From: Chrysochromulina tobinii
Taxonomy: Eukaryota
Length of the DNA stretch: 55,807 nucleotides
Direction of reading: 5' to 3'
Assembly: GCA_001275005.1 (NCBI GenBank)
Contig: JWZX01002641.1
Coordinates: forward strand, 1-55,807
Below the pieces are notes generated by a model. It searched no databases. It was given only the letters and a program-made list of their open reading frames with translations, and was not told the DNA's origin. How positions within the stretch are numbered: position 1 is the stretch's first letter; each line of letters begins with the position of its first letter. The translations under genes and the position numbers were made by a program. Positions 21,013-31,698 of the stretch are shown here, one piece after another.

Positions 21013-24000
21013 CGGCGGATCTGGCGGCAGCTGAGGCGGCGGAGGCGGCCGCGGCGGCTATGGCGGCGGAGGCGGAGGCGGCGGTCGCGGCGTCGCTGGC
21101 AGCACAAGAGGACGCAGCAGGAATGGCGGCGGCTGCACGGCCGGAGGTGCTCGAGAGGTGTGCAGACCTATTCGGACGGTTCGCGTTCCTACCCGACGTT
21201 GTGGCACAGCCTCCGCGCTCTGCGCCGCCGAAGGCCAAGCCCCAGGTCGCTACCGCTACGACGCCAAAGCCACCGGCTGCCAATGCTACGGCGCCGGCGG
21301 CGGAGGACGCAGCGAGGGCGCCAGCGGCCGACAAGGCGGAGTCGGCAGCGACTCGTGGGGCGACGCCTGGCGAGGGTCCCGACGACGATGAGCTTGCATA
21401 CAAGCAACGGCTGAGAGAGGAAGCAGCCGAGGCCAAGCGCGCCAAACTGGCGGCCAAGGAGAAGGCGGCGGCCAAGGAAGCGGCGGTTGCTGAGGCGGCG
21501 GCGGCCAAGGAGGCGGCCGCGGCCAAGGAGGCGGCCGCGGCCAAGGAGGCGGCGGCCGCTAAGAAGGCGGCGGACAAGGAGGCAGCGGCGGCCTGGAAGG
21601 CAGCGGCGGCCAAGGCGGCGGCGGCGGCAAAGACGGCACAGGCGGATGAGGCCGCTGAGCGGCTCGATGCGTTGCACCCGGACGTCAAGGGAGGCGCTGG
21701 AGGGGGTCACGGGCGCCGTAGTGGGCGCTCGGCGCGTTCGACGCGTGGCGGCAAGTCCTACGTCGAGAAGGACGGGGACGAGGAGGAGGAGGAGGACGAG
21801 GAGGAGGAGGAGGAGCCAATGCGCAAGGCAGGTGCCAAGATCAAGGCGCCAGCTCCGGAGAAGACGGCCGCCGTCAAAGCCCCCGCCAAGCGCTCGATCA
21901 CGACCTTCTTCGGCGGCGTAACGGCCAAAGGGGCGCCCACTACGGCGCCGGCCGCGCCCGCGCCCGAGGAGGCGGACGAGGTGCCGAAGCGCAAGGCAGG
22001 TGCAAAGGCCAAGGCGCCAGCGCGCAAGCGTGCCGCGTCGACCTCGGAGGAAGAGGCGAGCGACAGCGTGGAGGAGGACTCGGCTGAGAGTGGGTCGAGC
22101 GGCAGCAGTGAGTCTGAGAGTGACCGCCTTGTGGAAGAGGACGACGAGGACGACGGCCCGCGCAAGCCGCTCCGCCCCATCGCCGCCAAGCCTGCCACCA
22201 CCAAGCCGGCTGCCGCCGCCAAGAGCAGCGCCAAGAGCAGCGCCAAGGGCGCCGTCGCCAAACCGAGTGCTCGGGACAGCGTCCGGGACGCCAAGGCAGG
22301 AGCCAAATCACTCTCCAAGGCTGCGGCGGGTGGTAGGGCTGCCAGCAAGGGCAAGGCTGCGGCGGGTGGCGGCAAGGGGAGGGCAGCGCCCTCGACCGGA
22401 CGTACGAGTGGCCGAGCGGCCGCACAGCACGCGGCGAAGGCGGCGGCACGGGCGGTGGCTTTTGACGAGTTGGGCAGCGACGTCGATGAGGACGACGAGG
22501 AGGAGTCGGACGAGGAGGACGAGGACGACGAGGGGGAGCAGGAGGAGTGGCTCGAGCGCGGTCATGCGTACCTGCGCTGCCGCGTGCGCCGCTTCTTCGA
22601 CGCGGCGGTCTCGGATGGGACGATCACGCGCTGGTTGCCCGCGGCCCAGGGCGAGCCGGCCCTTTGGCACATGGTGCACGAGGACGGTGACCAGGAGGAC
22701 CTCGAGGCGCACGAGGTACGGGCGGCCATGCGGGCGTACAAGCTCGGGCTGCAGCATGACGACGGAGCCGACGGAGAGGGCGCGGAGGGCGCGAGCGCGA
22801 TGGAGGACGAAGACGAGGAGGTGGAGGTGGCGGACACGTCGGCGGATGGGGACGTGGAGCACGTTCTCGCTCGTCGCTACGCGCCGGGCTCCCTCTCGTC
22901 GGGCCGGCCGAAGATTGAGTACCTCATCAAGTGGAAGGGGCGCTCGTACCTGCACGTGGCCTGGCGCACCGAGAGCGCTCTGACCCGCAAGGAGCCCAAG
23001 GTGCTCTTGCGTCTGAAGGCCTTCAACAAGAGCGCGCCGCCGCTGCCGCCGCTGCCGAGCAAGGCGGAGGAGGTGACGCCGATGGAGAGCTTGCTGGATC
23101 GCTCCGCAAAACCGACGCCGCCGGTTGAGGCGCTCGCCGCGCCGCCGCTGGCCGAGGAGGCGACATCGCCGCCCGCAGCTGTGGATGATGCATCCATGCC
23201 GGACGTGCAGGAACCCGTTGCCGACGCCCAACACGACGCCAGCGCGGCCACCCCCAGCGAGACGGCGCCGTATCGGGCACAGGCGGAGCTCGGCTTCGCG
23301 CCGTTCCCCGTCGTCGTGCCCCTTGAGACACTCACCGGTCCCGGGGATGCCCCCTCCGAGCTGCAAGGGGGCGACCCCTCCGAGCAGAGCGCGAGCGAAC
23401 AGCGGGCAGCCGCCGAGGCGAAGCGCGGCCGGCCTGTAGCTGAGCTGTTAGCGCAAGTGGCGGTGTCGCCTGCTGTCAAGGAAGCAGCGGCCGCACGGCG
23501 CCGCGTGGCTGGGGCGGAGCGGTGCGAGGGGGACGACCTCTTGCCTCCCTTCGATACCCTTGGGCTCCTGCCGAAGGGGGTGGTGCACGTCGAGGCAGTG
23601 CTCAGTATGCGCGAGCGGCGCGGCGTGCCCGAGCTGCTAATCAAGTGGGCAGGACTTCCGTATGCCGAGGCGAGCTGGGAGGTGGACGGCACGTTTGACG
23701 GCGGCCTCGCGCCGGCCTTGGTCGCGTACGAGGCCGCATGCGCGGCGCCATGCGTGCCCGACGCGGCCAAGACGCGCGATGCGCGCCCAGCCAAGCTCGC
23801 CCCCCTCAGCCGCTCGCCAAAGTACGCCGACGGGCGCCAGCTGCGCGCCTACCAGCTCGAGGGCGTGAACTGGATGCTCCAATCTTGGCAACAGATGCGC
23901 AACGTGATGCTCGCTGACGAGATGGGTGCGCTGATGACCTCTGATGACCTTGCGACTGAGTGCCCAAAACGAAGCTGGGCCTCGCCTGGTCTTCCGCTAA

Positions 24001-27000
24001 TGACCTCCGATGACCTCGCCTCGTCTTCCGCAGGGCTCGGGAAGACCGCGCAAATCGTGGCGACTCTCGGGCAGCTTTCCTCGAAGCACGGCGTCTCGGG
24101 CCCGTATCTGATCATTGCCCCGCTCTCGACCATCGGCCACTGGGCGCGGGAGCTCGGCGCTTGGTCGACGCTGCGCACCCTCGTGCTCCACGGCTCGTCC
24201 GCCGATCGTGCCGTGCTCCTCAAGCACCGCTGGAACGCGCCCACGATCGAGGGTGCTCCCGACGGCGCGGCGGGCGCCAAGGCGCGTGGTGCTGGGCGCG
24301 GCTTCTGGTTCGAGGTGGTCATCACCACGTACGAGACTCTCCTGATCGAGGAACGTCGGATGCGCTCGGTGCCTTGGTACGCTGATGGCCACTGATGGCC
24401 ACTGATGGCCACTGATGGCCACTGATGGCCACTGATGGCCACTGATGGCCACTGATGGCCACTGATGGCCACTGATGGCCACTGACGGCCACTGATGGCC
24501 ACTGACGGCCACTGATGGCCACTGATGAGCTCGGATTGCGCCCGTCATCAGGTCCTTCCTCGTCGTCGACGAGGCGCACCGTCTGAAGAATGCGCAATGC
24601 CGCGCGCGCGCCGCCGTCGATGGGCTGCGCTACGCCCAGCTGGCACTGCTGACCGGCACGCCCGTCCAGAACTCGCCCGCGGAGCTCTTCTCGCTGCTCA
24701 ACCTGCTCGCTCCTCGCACGTTTGCGGATGCGGACGCGTTCGAAGCCAAGTACGTGACTGGCACCGTCCAGGCAGAGCCGCCGCCGCCGGCCACCCTTGC
24801 CAAGGCAGCGGCCAAGGGCAAGAGCAAGGGAGCGGAGAAGGATGCGCCTGATGCGGCGCTGGCGGTGGCCGAGACCCCACAGGCGGCGCTGCAGCGCGCG
24901 ATCGCCCCGTATCTCCTCCGACGGCTCAAGAGCGCCGTGCTGGGCGACGAGATGCCGCCCAAGCGTGAGACGGTCGTGCCAATCGAGCTGACCATGAGGC
25001 AGAAGGCGACGTACCGCGCCCTGCTCGAGCGCAACGTGGCCGCGCTCACCTCGACGAGCGGCGGCAGCCGAGCGGGAGAGCCCTCCCTCTCGAATGTCTT
25101 CGGGCAGCTGCGCAAGCTGTGCAACCACCCGTCGCTGCTCGAGAAGGCGGACGCGAAGCTGCCACCGCTGGGCGACAAGTCGGCGGTCGCGGCGGCGCTC
25201 GACGCACTCGTGGGCGCAAGTGGCAAGATGCAGCTGCTGCACAAGCTCGTGACACGCCTGCGCGAGGAGGGGCGTAAGGTGCTCATCTTCTCGCAGGTCA
25301 GAGTGCCACCTGATTGCCCTCTGATTGCCCTCTGATTGCCCTCTGAGGACCCTCTCATGAGAAGGTGCTCCTCTTCTCGCAGATGAACCGCATGCTCGAC
25401 TTGCTAGAAGACTACTTTGCACTTCGAGCGCTCCCTTCCGAACGTCTCGATGGATCGGTAAGTCCGCAGGAGCGCCTGAGTGCGTCTGAGTGCGACGGAT
25501 GGCCTCTCTGAGTGCGTCGAATGACCTCCTTCATCAGGTGAGCCAGCAAGAGCGCCAGCTCGCCATCGACCGCTTCCAAAACGGCGACGAGCGCACCGCG
25601 TTCGCCTTCCTCCTCGCCACCAAGGCGGGCGGCGTGGGCATCAACCTGACCTCGGCCGACACGGTCATCATCTTCGATTCCGATTGGAACCCGCAGAACG
25701 ACGTGCAGGGGATGGCGCGCTGCCACCGTATCGGCCAGACGCAGCAGGTGCGCATCTTCCGGCTCGTCACCTCGCGCACGTATGAGCGCTCCATGTACGA
25801 GCGTGCGTGCCAGAAGCTCGCGTTCGACACGAAGATCCTCGGCGACGGCGCGACGGCGAGCGGCGGCGCGTCCAAAGAGGGCGAAGGCGCGAAGCACGAG
25901 CCCGATGCCAAGGAGATCGCGATGCTCTTGCGCCAAGGCGCGTATGCTCTGCTGCAGGAAGATCCGAGTGCGGCCGAGGCGGCCTCGAAGGCCTTCGCCG
26001 CCGCCTCGCTCGACGAGCTGCTCGCCAAGGGCACCGACGTGACGTTGGGCGAGGGCGCACCGCCGCCATCGAGCGCCTTCAGCGCCCCCTCGAGCGGCGA
26101 TGCCCAAGACGGCGCCATCGCCATGGCCGAGAGCACAGCGTCCGCGGCGCCGGCGGCTCCGCCCCCCGCCGTTAACGAAGCGCTTGATGAGGCGCAGCTC
26201 GCGGCCGAGCTCAAGAGGGTGCTCGGCGAGCGCGCGCGCGTCGAATTCCTCTCGCGCGGCGCGCGGCGCGGGCGCGGGACGACCGTCGTCGACGACTCAG
26301 ACTCGAACCGCGACGCGAGCAGCGAGTCGAGCGGCGACGAGGGCGCGGGCATCGCCGACTTCGACGCGGCGCTCGATGCGGCCGAGCGTCAGTACCTCAA
26401 GCGCAAGAAGGGCAAGGACAGGGACGGAGAGAAGAAGGGCACCACCAAAGGAGTCGTGCTCGAGGCGGTGGGCAAGCGCGTGGTGTGCTTCGGCACGGGC
26501 GCCCGGCTCGGCCAGCAGGCCAGCGGCACCTACCAAAGTGATGGCAAGGTGCTCCTCGACGCTGCCTCGCGCACGCTGCGCGTCGCCCTAGCGCTCGAGA
26601 CGGCGGCCGAGGCGAAGGCGGCGGCCGAGGCGGCGGCCGAGGTTGCCACTAGGGCGCAGTCGGCCGCCGATGCGCCAGATGCGGCGCCCGGGGCGGCGGC
26701 CGAGGCGCAGTCGGCGGCCGAGGCGGCTTCCAAGGCGCACGTAGCGGCCGTCGCGGCGGAGGCAGCGGCGGTCAAGGCGCAGGCAGACGCTGCGCTGAGT
26801 GCGACGGCGTCGTCCGCGGCCGCGGCCGACGCAAACGTGTCTGTCGTCGACGTCGATCCTCTGCGCACCAAGGCGGCTGAGAGGAAGGAAGGGACGGCCT
26901 CCGCTGCTGAGCCCGCGCACAGGCCTCGGCGGCAGGAGACGGCCAAGATGAGTGGAAGCAGCAGCGTGGCTTCGGGTAAGAGCCCAGCCGGCAAGCCGCC

Positions 27001-29059
27001 GAACGACGTGGGCGCCAAGGAGCTCGAGCGCTTCAAGGGAGTGCTCAAGCTGCTCTTCAAGCACAAGGAGGTGGATCCGTTTCTCGAGCCGGTCGACTGG
27101 CAGGGGCTCGGACTCGACGACTACCCTGAGGTGGTGACCCACCCGATGGACCTGAACGCGGTGCAGGCGCGGCTCGAGCGCGGCGGGTACGCAGACGTGC
27201 TCGAGGCGGCTGCGGACGTGGAGCTCATTTGGAGCAACTCGATGCTGTACAACCCGGCCGAGAACTGGGTGTACCAGGCGGCGGTCGAAATGAAGGCATT
27301 TGCGGACTTGAAGCTCGCGCCGCTCGTGGCGCTCGCCACGGCGCGCCTCGAGGGCGCCGCCGTGGGCAGATCGGTGAGCAAGGATGCAACGGCACCGGAC
27401 GCGGGCGCGGGCGGCAAGGCGGCGGCTAAAGCGGAGAGCAGCAAGTCAAGACACGCAGCCAAGAGCGCAAAGCCGAGCAGCGGGGGTGCTACCTCAACGT
27501 CGGCGGACGCGAGAGCGTCCGGCACGGGTGGCAAACGGTCAGCGCCCACTGATTTCTTCCTCACACCCGCCCAAAAGGAGGAGAAGAAGGCCAAGGCGGA
27601 GGCGGAGGCGGCGACCAAGGAGGCGGCGGCGGCGGCGGCCCGCGAAGCGGCGCGGGCGCAAAAGGCTGCGGAGGAAGAGTCGCGTCGTGCGGCCGAGGCG
27701 GAGGAGGCCCGGCTTGCCGCTCTGCAGAGGCAACAGGAGGCCAAGGATCGCTGGGCGGCGGATCAGGCGCGCCTCAAGGCCGATCTGGCTGCCGTCAACG
27801 CCGGGCGCTCCGTCGCGTCAATCTTCTCCAAACCTACTGCCGCCTTCGCGGACGCCGTGCGCATGGCCGCGGCCGCCGAAGCCAACCGCGTGCCGCTGCG
27901 TGAGCACACGTTCGATGTGGACGACGTGGAGGGCCTCGCAGACGATGCGGCCGCCCCCGTGGAAGACCTCGCAGACGAAGCGCTCGCGGCGGCGACGGCG
28001 GCGGGCGTCTCCGCGTGGTATGAGGCATGGCCATGGGATGCAGCGTTCGTCGCTCGGCATTTTGGGGCGGCCTCCACGCCGCCAGGCATCGGGGCTCCCG
28101 AGGCGTCGGCGGCCGATTTCGTCCGTGGACTGGCGCGGCTGCCAAAGCGCGATTCTTCAGATGTCATTGGCAACGCTTTGTCCGTCGGTGACGCGTCGTC
28201 GTCGCTTCTGGAAGCTGACGAGTTCATTGCGCCAGCACCATCAGGTGCCTTGCCGAGGGAGACAGCGGCGAGCGCCGCAGACAGCGTGCCGGTCGCCGCG
28301 GCCAGGGCGGCCGCGAAGGCGGCCGCCGCAAAGGCCCGGTGGCTACAGCTGTTCCGACGCGACGAGGGCAGCGGCGGCACGGTGCCGTGCGGCACGATGC
28401 CGTTTGGAGGCGGGCTGTGGGTGGATGGGCTTCGCCCGCGCTGTAGCGACGAGGTCTGTGGGAACCGGCAGGTGACGGCTGCTCTCCAGCGGTGGCTAGG
28501 CCAATGGGGCGACGCCGCCGCCGCCAAGGCTCGCGCTCTCGAGCGACGCGTGGGCCCATGCCGTGGTGCGGGCAAGCGGCGCCGCAAACGGGCTGCCGAC
28601 TCGGACGATGACTTTGTCGTCGGCTCGGACGAGGATGATGGGCCTGCGGGGCGCGAGGACGGCGGCGGCGGCGGCGAGGCTTGGCAAGTCGCCATCGTGC
28701 ATGGCCCGTGCGGTGTGGGCAAGTCGGCTGCCGTGTACGCGTGCGCGGCGGAGCTCCGGTACAAGGTGATCGAGGTGAACGCGTCGCAGATACGCTCAGG
28801 CAAGGCGCTCCTGACCAACTTTGCCGAGGCAACCCAATCACACGAGCTCTCCAAGTGGTCAGCTGTCGGCGGTGGCGCTGCCGCGCTGGTTGGTGGCGCA
28901 AGTGCGAGCGCGACGGTGGCGGCCACCGATGCGGACGAGCCGCTCAAGCCCAAGGCGAGCAAGCTGGCACCGGCCAAGGCGCCTCCGCCCCCTGGATCCA
29001 AAGCGAGTGCTGCCGCCGCTCTCTTTGGGCGCGCTCTACCCAAGCCACCAAACCCTTCA

Positions 29060-29105
<46 letters not shown>

Positions 29106-31102
29106 AAGCCAAGCCGGCGGTGGTTGCGGCGTTCGAGGCGGTGGCGGGCGGTGGTAGCGGGGTCGAGCGCTCGCTCATCTTGGTAGAGGAGGTGGACATC
29201 ACATTCGAGGACGACGTTGGCTTCTACGCCGCGCTGATCAAGCTCGTGGCCATCACCAAGTGCCCGATCGTCCTCACGTGCAACGAGCTCCCCGGCGAGC
29301 TGCTCGAGCTGGATGCGCCCCAGTTTGCCTTTGTGCGCCCCTCCTCCTCTGAGGTGCTCCCGCTCGCGGCGGCTGCGTGCGAGGCGGCGGGGCTGAGTGT
29401 GCGCGAGGAAGCCCTGCTCGAGCTCGTCGAGCACCTCGGTGGCGACCTGCGCCGACTTCTTCACACCCTCCAGTGCTGGGCCGCCACTACCACGGGCACC
29501 CCCGCCACGAGCGACGCAGATCCCGCGCCGCCGATGGGCCTGGAGCGATGCATTGGGCTGGGCAATCTGTGTGGAACCGCCTCGATCGGTCGCGTCCTCC
29601 TGCAGAGGCCAGCGCACGTGCCGGTGCCGACGTGCGCCCTTGCGTGCCGCGTGCTCTCGGAGCTCCAGTGCACGCTGCACGCCACGCCGCTGCTCGACCA
29701 TCCTCTCCGACTTCTCGACGTCATGGCCGACGGTGCTCTGCTCGGAGCTGCCACGTATGAGCAGACCCTCGACGGCCAGTGCGGCTTGGCGCCGCCGCTG
29801 GCGGACGCGACGGTGGCGGACGAGGCGACAGATGAGGCGGTTGCGATGGGAGATGGTCCATCGCCAACGCGGCTCGGGCGACGCATTTCCCGAGGTGCAA
29901 AGCGAGGAGGGGCGGCCGAAGGCGACGCGGACGCCGAGGCGGGCTTGAATGCGGACGTCGATGTGGCGGCGGCGGCGCGCCGAGGAAGCGGCCGACTGTC
30001 GCTCGGGCGCAAGCGCGTCGTGAGAGACGACGATGAGGTGGGAGGTGCCGAGGCGGCTGAGACTGCGTCGGAAGTGGCACCAGTCGAGGCCAACACGGAG
30101 CCAGCGGAACGGCCGGATAGCGCCGAGGCCGACACAGCGGCGACTTCGCAGCCCATAGAGCCCATAGAGAGTGAGCCCGCAGAAGAAGGCGAGGCGGCCA
30201 TGGCCAACGGCGTGGAGGCCACGGCTGTCGCGGCAAAGCCTTGTGTGCTCCCGAAGCCAGGTGTGCTCGACGTGGCGGCGCTCGCGGCCGCATCGGCGGC
30301 CAGGCTTGCAGCGAAGGCAGTGGCGCTAGAGGTGGCGGCGGATGAACAGGCGAGGTGCATGGAGGTTGACGGAGAGGCTGAAGCCGCGCCGCCCCTCGCA
30401 CCCGACCACGCCCCCACGTTCGTCCCTCCCCCGTATGCGTGGGCCTTTTCGGAGCATCTTCTCTCCGACGGCGCTTCTGCGCCGTCGACAGAGCCGGCAC
30501 AGGCGACGGCGGCCGAGGCGTTATCGGTGACCTCGGCACTGGCTGCAGACGATGTGCCGTCGATGCAAGCGACGCTCGATGCCGTGGCAGCGCTTTACGA
30601 TGGCCTTGCCGCTGCTGAGACGCAGTGCACGCCGCCGGCAACCCCGCTGGGCCCTCACGGTACCTTTGTGCCGTGGGACATGCTGCCACCGGGGGCGGCT
30701 GAGGTGCGCACCTCGGCTGCATGCATGCTGCAGGTGCTCGCGCTCCGCGCCGCCTTTGGCAGGCTGCCCGCTGCCGGTAGCGCCGGTAGCGCGACCCTGC
30801 GGCTACCCGATCGCTCACTGCTTCTGCTGCCGTCAGAGGCGGCCCAGGCGGCGACCCTCACTGCAGAGGCCTTCGCCGCACTCGCGCCGCTTGTGGGCCG
30901 GTGCAGCTCCCTCTTGCACGCATGCGGTTCCGGGCCGGCAGCGGCTCGGGCCGCGCACCTCGAGGGCGTGGGGGCGCTGCGGCGCATCGTGCGGCTCGAG
31001 GCGCTGCGCAAGGCGAGCAATAAAGCGCGCCGCTTCCAGCACGCCCTCGGGCGATTCGGGATGGGCGAGGCTGAGCTTGCGCAGCTGCGCCCGCTCTACT
31101 GA
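20355..31102 (+). CDS. Giant fusion: Tudor-like + 2 chromodomains + SNF2/CHD helicase + bromodomain + ATAD5/Elg1-like AAA+ (~3432 aa)
   Basis: Exons 20355-23925, 24034-24376, 24552-25296, 25383-25457, 25538-31102 (GT-AG, phase-consistent). Motifs [134 protein letters not shown]. Confidence 0.85.
24381..24527. repeat. 10-bp intronic tandem repeat (actgatggcc x~14)
   Basis: Direct reading; inside intron 24377-24551. Confidence 0.95.
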
Positions 31103-31698
31103 GCTCGATACTGAGCTCAATCCCTTGTTGCATGCCCGGCGCGGGCCGCAAGGACGGGGAGGGGTCTCCCAAAGCGTGGTGGGGCGTGGGGCCCCGGGTT
31201 ACTTTCATGGGGCGCAAGGCCGTGGGGCTCTCCCAATGCGTGCGGCGGTGCCGGAGGGGCCGGGGGGGTTCGACACTTCGAGCAAGGCTCCTAATGAACC
31301 AAACGTCGACGTGTTTTCATGTGTTTCCCCGCACCCCCCCCTTATTTCTTCCCACTATCTTGGCTTCCCCTTGCTTCCTTCCGCTTCCCGCCCGGATAGA
31401 TTCTGCTCGCGGCCTCCTCGGGTTTTCACGTGCTGTGCGAGGGCTGCGCGCAGCGCACCGACATCACATATCTCAGGCTCACTGCGGCAGCCAGCCTCGG
31501 CTGGTCTGTCGAGATTAGTGTTGAGACCCAACCCTCGAACACATGTTCAAGAAAGGCATTTTTGAAAGCCCGCGACGGCGCCGGCGCGACGCGACGAAAG
31601 GCACGAATCTCTTTCTTACCAATGGAAGTCGCCATCTCAGAAACTCATCCTTCGGCAGCGTTAGCCGCAGGGTGTGTCCGTCGCCCCCCCTCGCGGCA

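Noticed and set aside
20147..30818. Long antisense and alternative-frame ORFs (e.g. 20147-21688, 27763-29202)
   Set aside because: Shadow ORFs of GC-rich, Ala/Glu-rich coding sequence; no motifs.
31255..31285. tRNA/box-B from ggttcga
   Set aside because: No cloverleaf, T-stem pairing or box A could be built.
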